In this document: in pieces, positions 1-13,532 of the stretch
How positions within the stretch are numbered: the stretch's first letter is position 1
Layout of the letters: the number at the start of each line of letters is the position of its first letter
Source: Microbotryum violaceum
Taxonomy: Eukaryota
Direction of reading: 5' to 3'
Length of the DNA stretch: 64,000 bases
Assembly (NCBI GenBank): GCA_001244265.2
Contig: CDLV01000006.1
Span: 1,488,001-1,552,000 of the forward strand
Translations under genes and position numbers: made by a program
Notes under the pieces: model-generated
The model's input: only the letters and a program-made list of their open reading frames with translations
What the model was told of the DNA's origin: nothing
Databases searched by the model: none

Positions 1-609
<609 letters not shown>

Positions 610-686
610 TGATTAAACACCAAGAGCCACTCCCTATACTATACAGACTAGACATGTCCTCCTGCAGTCGGTAAAAACGCGGTCGT

Positions 687-1770
687 CTATAATTTGGCTT
701 TCGACCCCTGTGCGGCAGCGATCGTCTGTGCCGCGTCGCTGATCTCTCGTTCTATCAAGGGGTAGAGACCGTTCGGAAGTTCGGCACCTTTGTGGTTGTC
801 ATAATCAAATCCGACCATGATCGCTTCGCCCGAACAGACTCTCGCTCGTTGACTGCAGAGAAAGAAAAGAAAACGCCGAGAGGTTGCGATCAGAACCCAA
901 GCCAAACGGTAACGAGGCTTCTGCAGCGCGCTCGAACTCAACTCGAACGAAACGATCACACTCGTCAACACGAATTTCTTCTTGGCGACTTGGGTCGCCC
1001 GGTGAGCGATGAGCAAGTGATCGGGGGCGTAGACGGGTCGTTCGAAGCGGTTCATCACTTGGCCGACGACGAGGCCGCGGCCTTGCGCACCCTGGTTGAT
1101 GGCTTTAGCTGTGGGCGCATCGAGTTTACGTGTGATACTGCGGACGTAGGCGCCGCGACCTGTTGGGAGTGAAGGAGAGTGGGGCTCGGATTAGCGGAGG
1201 AAAAGGTAACACAACACGAGAAGACGGTCAAAAGCAAAGATTTTGCTCTTGAACCTTGCGAGCAGTCAAGCACTGACCGGCTTCGAGATATTTGTAGTAC
1301 ATGGCATTGTTGAGATGAACGTTCGGATCCTGATCACCCCATTGTACGGTCACTTCGATGAAAGTCTCCTATTCCGGTTCCACGAACGAGAGTACTCCCC
1401 CACGTCAGTTCGTTACCCACACGCGATCTAGAAATTCGGCTGGTCCCGAGCGCAGCGCGGCACTGCTGTCGACGCGTTCATATTGGCATTCGGGAGAACG
1501 ACGGTCCCAGCCTGCCTCACTGCACGTCAAGCGTTAAAGTAGCGTACCTCTTTGAAGCCAAGTTGTGTCGCGATCTCAGTCGCGGCTTTTCGATCGGCAT
1601 GGTATTTTTCCGGGTAGACGACTCCGTAGGGGACGATGGCGGTCATGTTGAGCTGTGGGAAACTTGTGCGAAGATGGAGGACGAAGCCGAATCTGGGCAC
1701 CGGCTCGACGGATTGCCGGGCTGCTCGTTGCCGATCGGGGCTGCTGAAAAAGTTGTGGGAGCGGTTGCAT
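687..1770 (-). CDS. HotDog-fold thioesterase (4HBT-like), probably mitochondrial, multi-exon
   Basis: Minus-strand exon ~1277-1352 reads VTVQWGDQDPNVHLNNAMYYKYLEAG (4HBT-type WGDxD..HxNN motif). Downstream exons give FERPVYAPDHLLIAHR and GEAIMVGFDYD. The Arg/Ser-rich N-terminus resembles a presequence; the start codon is uncertain. Confidence 0.8.
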
Positions 1771-2252
1771 GTACGACTTTACTCGCGTGCTCAAATTAGG
1801 ACCGATAAAAAAGAGGTCAAAAAGTGGGACAGATCAAGGGTCATCTTATCCTGCGTGAGGAGGCGATGTCAGTCTCTAAAGTCCGTCGACTCGGTGTGAG
1901 CACGCGTACGGACCTCGACCCTTGTCGACGAAGGGCGGCATAGAAATCCCACGTCACGGAGGCGGAGCACATGTGAGACTAGGAGTATTCAGGTTACAAA
2001 GCGAGGCATCAATAGGCAAGTTACTCTCGTAGATCATGACTCGCCTTCTGTACCTAATCCTTCTCCGTGGGGCGAGATGAAGCCTCAGCGTGGACTCCGA
2101 GGGTCCGTGCGCGGGCGGAGAGCTGATTGTATGCGCTTTCCCGGGCCTGACTGAACCTGCGCTCGGGTCGACCTCCGCGTTTGCCAGGTCCTCGCCTCGC
2201 TGTCCCTCCACGCCACGCGGGCCTCTTGAAGCGCAGGTTGAGTTGAATAAAG

Positions 2253-3717
2253 ATGGATCCTTTCGAGGTGAGGGTAGTGGCCTCTAACCAAGAGGTTGGA
2301 CTCCGTCACTGTGGCTTGGTAGCTGATCCGGATCGTCGTGTGCACCGGGCGCCCCTTCTTTCTCGGTGCTGGTCTCGCATGAAAGGTTCGCATGTACGTC
2401 GCACACGTTCGGACGCACCTCTATAAAAAGTTGTACACGCAGCTGACCACCGCACATGTCCTCTGTCGACCAGGCAATTCGTGAGCCTACTCTCGCGCCT
2501 CAACTCGTCGCTCCCCTCGATTCAAAAAGTGGCCCTCTTCGCATTCAAACACACCCCTCGATGCTCACCCGACATTTGGGAATGTCTCGTCGAGGAAGGC
2601 ACGCAGGCCAACCTCAACGCGCGTGTCAATCTGCTGCATTTGATCGATGCGATCTTGGAGAAGGACTCGATCGTTGGGTCCGGCACCTGGAGCGTCTTGG
2701 TCGAGCGGAATCTGAAGGAGTTTGTAGTCGATGGCGTCGTTGGGGATACGAGGGAGGGTAGGATCAACCTGATGAGTGCTCATCAGGTAAGTCGGATCGT
2801 CGAGGGAACACTGCGGAGGAGCAAAAGTGAGGGGTAGGGCTCATTCTTCCCCCAAAACGTACCTCGCATTCTCAAACAGGTTCTCAAGTCCTGGAAGACG
2901 AGGAGGTTGCTGGATGTCGATGTCCTGGACGAGGTGTTGAAGCAGCTCGACATGAAAAATAAATCGTGAGTACTGTCCTCATCGAGAACTATCCGAGCGA
3001 ACGTACACATCGGGGCAGAGGATCCTGAGCCCCATTCTGTTGCCTGCGCCCACGTCTAGTCTGACCATCAACGACACCGCATCGTGCGAGCCGATATCAC
3101 TGAGTCTTTCTCGAAACGACATCCTGAGAAGGATCGAAGATGATCGAGAAAGGGTGCGTCGAATCCAACGACCGCGTACGCCGCCTAACCTACGCTAATC
3201 AAACTTGCATCTCGGGGGCCCAATTCAGCACAAACGTCTGCGCGAACGGATCTGGGTCCTCCCCATCCCGACCTCCCTCTTCATCATCCCGACCGCAAAT
3301 TCCAACCCGACCTGGTCGAACCTCAGTTCGATCAAACCTTCTCCGATCTCACCCGCCAGTCCATCCGAACCCCCCTCCTCGAGAATCCACAAGACCAATA
3401 CTTCTTCCTCGACTTTGGCACCCTCGACTTCAGGAGCGGCTGTACAGAGAGGTCCCGAGGTGCCGATCGACTTGGAATTCGAACAGACTTGGGCGAGGTT
3501 GAACGAAGAGAGGGAATTTGCCGAGTTGGAACGAAACGACGTCGAAGGGGAGGGTTCGAGTGGGCACGGGGAAGGGAAAGCTGAAGGGAGGGTGAGGAAA
3601 AAGAGAAAGGCTGAAGTGGATCAGGTGATGGAGGAAGAGAATGGCACGTCGAGGTGGCTGTTCGATGAGAGTGAACTGAGGGCAATGAGGATTGAGTATG
3701 AACGATGCTTTGCATAG
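2253..3717 (+). CDS. CTK3: CTD kinase I gamma subunit Ctk3, multi-exon
   Basis: Spliced N-terminus MDPFE|VRM|QFVSLLSRLNSSLPSIQKVA..., followed by NLNARVNLLHLIDAI and the C-terminal RIEDDRE..HKRLRERIWVLP motif typical of Ctk3. Confidence 0.9.
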
Positions 3718-3871
3718 ACCCACCGGGGAGCTTTTTTCTTCCGCTACCTATGTTGTACGACTACGATCGATTCCGATTTGCAATTGCAAAAGATGCAAGG
3801 AGCTCTCTATATACACCGATGCGATGCTACAAGAAGAAGAAATGATGATGCGATACTAGAAACTAAGGAGA

Positions 3872-6800
3872 TTAATCGTCCCTCCTGGACCTCTTCCCGA
3901 AGCGCCCCTTTTGGTCCGCGAACGCGGCGTTCTTGCGCTTCTTCTGACGCGTCTTTTGTTCGCTGCGTTTGGCTTTGCGTTGCGCATCCAATTCGGGGTT
4001 GTTGATGGCCTGTGGAAGTCATAGTTGTAACACGGTCAGAAGCTGGCGTACAGCGGAAGCATGCCAGCGCTTCGAAGAACTGACCTGGAGTGCTATGGCC
4101 GTCTTGCGTTCGTTCCTGCGCTCGGCAGCTCGTTGACGAATCGTGGTGTGCACGTTCGAGTACATTGTCGTGCCGACCTTGCTCTGCAGCAACTCTTGCA
4201 CTTCGCGAGCGAGGTTTTGAAGTTCGACTGTGGGGAATCAAAACTTTGAATCAGCTATCGGTTCGTCCAGAAAGGTCAGAACACAAGGGTGGGTTCAGCT
4301 TACCCATCTGGGGATCTTGAGCATTCGGATCTTCCGAGATGCGGAAGATGGGCGTCGCCATCTGAACGAGGAAGCGCTCGAGATGTGTCTTGTCGAGGTG
4401 CGAGATAACCGCTGCGAACCAGCGCAAGATCGACGAGGGTTGTAATGACCATTGGCCCTGTTGGATGTGAAACGACAGTGTGAGCAATGGAAAAGTCATG
4501 TCACAACACGTGGCCAAGGAAGCTTACAGCAGTGAGAGCATGCACCGACGGTCGAGCAATGTGGGCCTGACGAGCCTGGTAGGACAACCTCGTGAACAGC
4601 CAGCGCAAAGGATCGGCTTGACGTTGGGCCCCATCATCTACGGCATCCTCTTCTTCGTTCTCATCCTCGGCAGCCGTGGCCTCTGAAGCCGATCGACGCG
4701 CATCGAAGCACTTGGCGGCAAAGAAGAGGTTCTTGACGATCTGCATCGCCAACGGTTCGTCCAACGCTGAGCTCTTGAGTTGCAAGCACCCCTTTTGGGC
4801 CGCGTCGAGAAGGCTGGGAGTCGATAAGGGATGCTCCTCGGGGAAGTCCGTGCGAGCGAGCGCGGTCGGGTTGGCCGCGTACAGACTTCCAAGCAGGCGA
4901 GCCGAGGAAGTGTGGATCCATATGTGCGGGAAGAGCAAGTGCCCTTGCACCATCTGCCATAGTCGACGCGATGAGCTTTGATCCGGCGAGACGAGCGCGG
5001 GGAAAGCCTTGAACACATGCGCGAGCGCTTGCAAAGCTTGGTAAGGGAGCTGCCAGTTGTTGTCGAGCTTGATGCTCGATGCGTCACCACTCTCCTCGGC
5101 TTGCTGCAGACGCTCCTGACTATCATCGAGAATGTCACCCAACACATCAAGGATCGGCGGGGTCGCACCCTTGCCTTCGTCACCGAGTGCGTCGATCGCA
5201 ACACCAAACAGCTGGATCGCTGTACGAGCGAGTTGGGCCGGTTGCTTCTTGCCTGACCATGCATGCAAGAGGTTCAACAGACCGTGACGAGACTCCTTCG
5301 GAAGTCGCGTAAAGAGAATCTTGACGAGCTCGGCGGCCATCTCGCGACACTTGGTCGATTCGTCGTTTGCGACGACCATGACGAAACCAATGAAGAAGAG
5401 CTCGGCTGCACCGTCGACGAGCTGAGTGGCAAATTTGCTGAGGATGGCGTTTAGCAACTCGAGCACCGAGAGGCGACCGGACTCGTGCACGAAGGACAAA
5501 TTCTTCGTGAGGAAAGTGAGAGACGTCTTCAGGCGTCCTCGACCTTGTGGGTAATCGAGCAGGAACTGCAGGTAGATCGAGCGACAGACTTCGCGTACGC
5601 CGCTGGACTGGTTCGTCACGAGCATTTCGGCGACCTTGTCCATGAGGTCGTAGATTTCGGGCGCGACGAACTTGCGCGCCATGATCGAGCGCAACAGCTG
5701 GAAGAGCGTGCCCTGTCGATCCGCTTCTTTGAGATCGGGGCCAATAAGCTGTACAGGTAGAATCAGCAGGGTCAGTTACTATGTAATGAACGGCCAGTCC
5801 AAGCGAACCATTAACATACCTGAAGGAGGACCGTCAGCTGGTCTTCGCGAAGCGACACCGTCTTGCAATCCCGAATAAGGCCAGCGAGCGTTCGCAACGT
5901 CGATTGCGCCAGATCGGACTCGGTGCTACCGGAACGTTGAACAATGTTGATCATCTGCTTGAGTAAGATTGGTGCCGCGTCTCCGATACTCTTAAGTGGG
6001 CAACGAATCAAGGACGCTGTCGCGCGCATGCTTCGCGCGAGTACGACAGGCTCGTCCGAGTAGAGCGTGTTGCCAACAAGGGAGACGAGCGGTTCCAAGC
6101 GAGCGATAATAATGGGCGAGTCGAGATCAAATTGCGATTTGCGGAAGGCGGTGTTGAAGAGCTCAAGACCGAACGAGACGAAGCGATGTGCATTCTTGAC
6201 GAAGTGATCGCGCTCGTCGCCGTTATCGCGTGCCAATTGGACGTGGAAGTCCGGAGCGGCTTTGCCATTCTTGCCTGCCTTCCTCGGTACGACTCGAGCG
6301 GGTCGCAGAAAGTCCGAGTTGGCACTGATGAGCGAATGGCACAGATCGAGCAATCCAGGCGAGTCGAGCTTGGCGCTGGTTGTCAACCCCTGGATCAACG
6401 CCTTGAACACGTCCTCGACCTCCTTCATGACCATGGCCGACTCGGTACGCTGCAAAGTCGTGCGCAAGGGGACGAGTAACGCAGCGATCTTGCTCGGTGA
6501 GACATGCCTAGCGAGGATCTCGAACGAGTCGACCGACTTGAACGATCGCACTTCACGGAACTTGGTCTTGGCGCGAAACTCCTGGGACTGGCGATCTTTA
6601 GCAGGGTTGCCGAAGGCATCGTCGCCGAGGACAGGCACGATTTCGTCCAGCGCGTCATCAAAGTCGGGGGTGGAACCGGCGGGCTCCGAAAGTCGGACAA
6701 GGATGGCGTGAACTGAGAAAGCGAGCACATGGAGCTGAGGGCCCCGCTGTAGAGCACGACGAAGCTCCTTAACTGCGATCCCGATCGTTGCAGGATCCGA

Positions 6801-9800
6801 GCTTGCCACGATGTTGCAGATCGTCGAGCGCGTCAGATCACGAACATGCTGGTCCTTACTTCGCAGGATCTGCGACAGCGTCATGAGCAATGCGGATTCG
6901 TGGACCGACTTGGACTCAGCGGGGAGATGTTGCAAGATGGCACTGATTCCCTCAGCGACGGGGATGCGCATCTCCTCGTTCGATGTCTCGTCCCTCTTCT
7001 CGAGGAAACGCTGCAGCTCAGCCAAGAGCTTGGTCGTCGTGATCTCGAGCAACCTCGGATCGTTGAGCAGATCAAAGTGGAAGCCCTTAAGCACACCCAC
7101 GACGGCGCGCAAGCAAGCTTTTTGTGACAATCCGGAAACCTTGGAGAACTTGAGGTAATGGCGAGCGACCTTGTTGTACGCGGACCAGGCGAGATGCTTA
7201 GCCAGACGAGCAATGCATTGAACGGTCTCGTTGACCAGATCGGAATCTTTGGTCTCCTCGGCGCCGAGAATGAAATGATCGACGAGCGGCAAGAAGATGT
7301 CGGATACGACCTTGCTCGAAATCTTGCCCGCTTCAACTTCATCGGCGAGACGACGCAGCGCACGCGTACGACGATGGACTTGGATGTGCATGATGTTGTA
7401 GAAGAAGTTGGCCTCTTGGTCGCCATCGACGAGGAGGCATTTGAGCTGATCCAATTCGACGACACCTTTGCAATGCTCGACCGCACTTGCGTACACGCCC
7501 AAGACCTCGCTGCGAACGATCTCGAGCTTGGAGCGCAAGGCGTTGCGGAGACCAGGGAGGAAGGTCCTCACCAAGACGGACTTGATCTCTTCGTTCGTCT
7601 CGGACGTCGAACCCGCGATTTCGACGAAGCGACGCAAGGTGAAGCTGGCGTTGCTTCGAATGGCAAGCTCATCCTGATCTTGAACGAAGAAGAGCATGTT
7701 GTGGATAACAATGATCCAATCCGCAGGTCGGATCGTGCGGTACGTATCCTCGTTCAAGGATGAGAACGCGGCGAGTCGTCGATCAAAGTCGGGTTCTTCG
7801 GAGCGTTTGACTGAGTACGAGTTGAGCTCCTCGACGATATGCGCGACCTGTGCGAGGGAGTCCTCGGTCGATGCGATGGCGTTGAAAGCAGCGACGGTCT
7901 GAAGTCGAGCGTTCCGCGTGCGGTTGTTCGAGAAGAGCGCCGAGATGACCTCGCAGCATCGATCGAACAGAGGGTTCGAAGGTTCCGGTCGCGCGAGGGG
8001 GTACAAGGACGTCAAGATCTTGAGCAAATCCGTCTTGGTCCGTTCGGGAACGGTCTTGTTAGGTTTGCGCAAGAGCGGTGTGATGAGCGTAAGTAAGTGG
8101 GTCGCTTGTTCGCTCGATTCGACGTAAGGCGCGAGGGAAGACAAGAGCGTGATTTGCCGTTGACCGACTTCAGCTTTGGCGTCCATCGTCGCCGTCGTGA
8201 CGGCGAACAAGCCCCCGAGTTGTACGAGAAGTTCCTCGACGCTGGGTTGTACGATCGTGCGACCGACCTCACCTTCCTTGCCGCCCTCCTCGGAGGCAAA
8301 CTCGAGCAAGCTGTCGACGATGTCAAAGATACGAAGGATGACTGCGGGCTTCACGTTGCGCGTCGTGAGACACCCGTACAGCTTGGGCAAGAGCGATTGA
8401 TCATGGACGACAAGATGATTCAACAGATCCCTACGGATCGACCACGTGCAGAACAATTCGAGCAAAGCCGAAGGCGCCTGCGCGTTCTCGGCCGCGAGCG
8501 AGGGTAATCGAGGTGCGATGATGACGGGAAAAGCGGCCTTGATGTAAGGCGTGTGGTCGAAATCGACTTCGAGGCGGAAAAAGTCGGCCCATCGCTTCAG
8601 TGCGACTTGACGAATATGACGCAACGGCGCCATCGCCGTCTCGGGTTCGTCCGAATCGTTCTCGTCCTCTTCACAATCTTCTTCGACTTCGTCGACTTCG
8701 CCCGAGGTCGCATTCTCGGCTTCGATCCCCTTTTGAGCAAAGTACAAGAGGTTCAAGTTGGCCGCAATAAGCTCGTGCCATCTCGAGACGAGGTGTTTGC
8801 CCAGATGCTTGAGCACGTCTGCGAGGAAGCCCAAAAACCCCAACTGACGCTTGCCCGCGATGTTGAGCGACTGAGAAGCGAAGTGGAACTCCTCACCCGG
8901 CGCAGAGACGATGTAACCCTGCATGGGACCGATGACGAGATCGACCAAGGTCCCCAGCTCTTCGGACGAGCACGTTTTGAGTGCCCCGAGGATTGCGGCT
9001 CGTCGACCCGCTCGACCTTGACCTGAACTGGCGCTCGCACGGCCCAATCGAGAGGTCATGATGCCGTAAGAAATGCGGATGAACAAAGGGACTACGTCGG
9101 CTCGATGGTTGGGCTCTAGACCACCCGCATCGGTCCCAGATACGAATTGGAGCAGTTCGTCACGCAGCCGAGTCGGTTCAAGCATGTTGCGTAGTCGATC
9201 CGCATTCGCGACCACGGCCGGAGTCTTCCACCTCAACAGACAATCCAACGCCAACTTCTGCACCTCAGTATCGGGGAAAGCGAGCAAGTAGCGGAAGTGG
9301 GCCGCAAGGACGTCGGCTCGGTACAGCGCTTTGGGACTGGAGAACTTGGCGAACATCGCCAGCCAAGCGCGCAAGCGAAGTTGTCGTTCCTTGGTCGATT
9401 CGTTCGGGTCGACGTAGGTCACAATCGAGTCGTCGACTTTGGATCCGGGTCCGTCTTCGCGCTGGAAGCAGCCGAGGAAAACGGTCACAAAGTCACGGCT
9501 ATGGCGTTGGGCCAGGTCGGGGATGACACAGAACAACTCGAGCAATTGGGCTTCGTAGCTTTGCAACACGAGTCTCTCGGGGGCGATTTGAACCTGAGTG
9601 TGCGCAAGGAGTCAGCCAAGAATGCTCACACGCCCAGTCACGGGTTTCACTGACCTCAACCAAAACCGCAACCTTGGTCTTCTCATGCTCGACTCCACCT
9701 TCAAACAACCCCAACCTCTGCACAACCACATTCCTCAGATCCTCGATCGCATGGTCCCGAACCTGAGGTTCCTCAAAGACGACCTGATAGCTCTCGACGC

Positions 9801-12800
9801 CTTCCTTGGCCGCCAAAGCCCATTCGGGTTTGCGGGATACGTATAGACTCGAGTCGCGCGTTGCGACGACGACGAGTTGTTTCGAAGCGATGGCCCAGAC
9901 TTCGTTGGGGAAACGTTGTGAAAGTAGGGAAAGGGCTTGGATGGCTTCGGGCCAAAGCGGCTTGAAGTTGACTTTGAGCATAGCTGTAGGGATTGAGACA
10001 AATACGCATCAGCTCGTTTACTGACCCAACGGTTTGGGTAGGCTCGGGAATTGTTCACTCACCCGTCAAATACCTTAACAAAACCCCCACGATCATCTCC
10101 GTCCCTTGTCCCTCCTTCCCCAACTGCGCATGCGCGACGATCCCAATCTTTCGCACCTTCATACTCTTCTCCCTAGCCCCTTGAACCGACAAAGCCATCC
10201 TCTCCACCTCCATCATCCTCTCCATCAAATCCAAAGCCATTTTATCCTTCTCCTCGAAGAGAGTTGTCAAGATCTCGAGAGAAGTTAAACGGAGACTGGA
10301 ATCCTCGGAAAGAAGGTTCGGCACGACGGCTTCGTACACTTGGGAGGCTTGGTCGGTCATGGAAGCTGAGGCCGAGGAGGAACTGGCCAGTTCCAATCCA
10401 GCTATCCCTTGCATTATTCCGCGGTGCCACGAGAACCCTTGCAAGATCTTCAGCAGACTCGGTCTCAAACGATCGACGACATGGTCTGAAGTCCCCTGTG
10501 TTCGAGCGATGGATAAAAGAGCCGCACCGAGGACTTGGGCCGGGTTCGCGGCCGTTTCAAGAAATTTTGTTCGAGCTTGCATTGCTGGAGTCGGGGAGAT
10601 GGCGATGATGAGGTCGCAGAGGAGGCTGAGGAGGGCCGTGCGATGCGAGGGGAGTTGAGGGAGGACGAGCAGGGCGTTCAAGACTTCGTGTGTCGCGTCC
10701 TCATCGACGATCTTGGTCGACTCGGAATAACTTTGGATCCATGCGCGAATCAAAGCCTCGCATCGATCGGTAACAACCTTTTCCCATGATTTCGAGAGTC
10801 CACCGGAGCTTTCCCGAAGACTGGCCAGTCGACCACTCCAGGCCAATCGAGCCAACAAGGTCATCGCGTTCGTTTGGTTCGACAACTGGCCAAATTCAAC
10901 GTCTCCTTCTTCCTCCCCCTCAAGATACTTGGCTGTGGTTGTCAAGACATGATTCGCGATGGAGGTCGAGTAATGCGGCCAAGCGACATCGTCCAGAGCC
11001 AAAGCCAAGGTGCACGCATTGGCGAAGGTCGAAGATGCCGTCCAGAGGACGTCGATCGAGTCTCGGACCGCGCCAGAAAGGACGTCCTTGAAGGAAGCCT
11101 GGAGAAGGAGTGAGATGATCGCGGACGTGTACGTCTGCACGAAGGAAGCGAGCGTTGATGTCGAGGCCACGAGCTTGGAGTACGACGCGAGGATCGCAAA
11201 CAATTGGGGTTTGGCGGTTGCTGTTACAACGAGGCTCGCAATCAGTCGATCGTTCTCATCCGTTCCCATACGTCCATACCCGAAACTCACCAGATATTCT
11301 GCCCCCCTTCTTACTCGCCGCCACACAATCGACAAACTTGAGTCCGTACTCCAGCTTGGTCCAATCCTTCTCCCCTTCAACCAACACCCTACTCGCTTCT
11401 ATGACCTCATCAACGACGACAGAGTAGATCTCCGTCGACTTGGAATGGTTTGCCAGGGTTGAGAGGAAGGTTTGGAAGGCTTGTGGGACAAGTTCGCTTG
11501 ATGCTCCGGCGCGACTGACAACCACTTGAAGTGAGGACCGAACGATCGGGGCGGTGCGAGAATGTAAGTGTCCGTTGGCAGCCTGGTAATAAACAAAAAT
11601 CACCACAATCAATACAAGCTCCTATTCAGACGCTCATTATTGATTTGACTCACCGTGCAGCTTTCAATCAAACTCCACAAGAGACCCTCCGCGAAAGCCT
11701 TGGGCGAACCCAACTCTTGTGCCCTCCCAACCTTTCCTTTCCTCTTCTTCCCCTGCTGCGCACTCTCATCGAACGTCGTCTCCGTTTCGACGACGTCTTC
11801 GATCATGAGAAGCATGAGGCGATCCATCTCGCTTCCAGAGTCCGAGTCTTGTTCCGTCGTCGTGGTCCGGGCTTTGCGGATGAGGTAGGAGAAGGCACTG
11901 GCCAAGAGTCGTCGAGTTTGAGGTGTCGTTCGGAAGTTCGTCGGGAGACCCCATACGGGAGCTTGGGGGGTTGGGGGTTGAGGTGGTGTCGTGGATGTCG
12001 AAGTCGAAGTGGAAGCAACGGGTGCGACCAACTCTTCTTCTTGCTCTTCCTCTTCATCGTCCTCCTCTTCAACTGGTGGCTCAGCCTCCTTGATCACCTC
12101 ATCAATCTCCATAGCCGGCACGTCCTTAAGCTCCTCAACCATCGGCGCTCCCAAACCCCTCCTCACCACGGCCCAGACATCCTCCATCTCCACTCCCGAC
12201 CCCAACAAATCCCTCGCGAGTTCTTTGAAGGTCTCACCCAGGACGTCGTAGACTTTTTGTAAGAGTCTTGGGTTGGAGGCTTCGAGTGGGGAAGGTTGGG
12301 TAAGGGCTATGAGAGTAGTGATGAGTGGTGATGCGAGGGGGGTCAAGAGGGTCGAGAGATCGGTTACGAGGGGTGGGATCAGGCTGAAGAGATAGGGGTC
12401 TAGTCAGCCATCCTCGCCCGTTAGCTAGTCCTCCCCAGCGCGTGAACTCACTCCAATATCGTTTCTGCACACAACTCGATTTCGGATCTCGAATGTTTGC
12501 CCAAGCTCAACGCATCGCATAAACTGCCGACGATCTGTTTCCGATAATGCACAACCAATGGCAAACTCGACGCCTTCTTACCGACGTCGCGCGTGAAGGC
12601 GATAAAGGGTGAACTGAGGTTGATCAATTGGGAAGCTTGGAGAGATTGACCAAACAAGGTCGTTTGGAAATAATCTGTTTCCGTCGTCGGCTCGGATAGT
12701 TCTGGAGCGATGGAGGTGGAAGCGGTATCGGCTTGATGAAGCATCTCCCTTCTCGCCTGGATGCGTTGGAGATCGACTTGGGTCGCGGCGATGAGTTGCG

Positions 12801-13062
12801 CGGGGGACTTCCATCGGAAAAGAGGACCTTTGATGACGGGTTTCCGAGCGTGCAAGGCGATGCGCTCGGCTGGAGTCAGCGTCGACATGGCATTCGGGGC
12901 TGGCACAGGTCCAGTTGAGCTGGCGGCGGCGTTCGAGCTGGTGGAGGCATGATGGCGCAAGGTACGGAGAGTAGGTTGGCTTGAGCTCGAGCCTGAGGCG
13001 ATGGCCGAGGCTGATTTGGGCTTGTGCTTGTACTGCTTGGCAGGTGCTGCAGTCCGTGCCAT
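3872..13062 (-). CDS. UTP20: U3 snoRNA-associated protein 20 (SSU processome HEAT-repeat protein), multi-exon
   Basis: Chain of large minus-strand ORFs (289, 245, 118, 441, 160, 1252 and 397 aa) with Utp20 motifs: SLPLVVHYRKQIV, EPDFDRRLAAFSSLN, NFFYNIMHIQVHRRTRALRRL, GPQLHVLAFSVH, QFLLDYPQGRGRL, ESGRLSVLELL. Basic C-terminus ends in TAA at 3872-3874. Confidence 0.93.
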
Positions 13063-13339
13063 GTTGGTGGTCGTGCGTAGACTGGTTTGGCGCGCCCCAA
13101 AGTGGCGCTGGTGTCGGAATGTGGTTGGTGGTGGAGCTGTGCTTGCGAAGGCTAGCCGTGAGTGCCTCGAAGAAGCGGAGCTGGGTACGGTGATGATGTA
13201 GGAGGAATTAACGACAAAGCTCAAGCTTGGATTATGCCTCTCGACCACAAGGACTTGTGTCGTGTTCGCACCTCCGCAACAGGGAAGTCGAGTGTATGTA
13301 TTGTGGAAGCTCCGCAAGCACTCGCGCTCAAAGTGATCG

Positions 13340-13367
13340 GCTCAGCGCTCAGCGCTCAGCGCTCAGC
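13340..13367. repeat. Four tandem GCTCAGC heptamers in the UTP20/KRI1 divergent intergenic region
   Basis: gctcagc x4 read directly at 13340-13367. Confidence 0.9.
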
Positions 13368-13532
13368 CTTCGCAAGCGTGCGCCAGCGTCTGCCACAAAT
13401 TGGCCGGCCCGGAGCGGTCCGAGCGGCACGTTTCGCAGCCGATCGCGGTAACCCGATTCCACGCCCAGAGTCGACTCCGCTGGACTCCGTCTGGCCCCCG
13501 TCCCTCCATCACACCTCCAACGCACCACGAAC

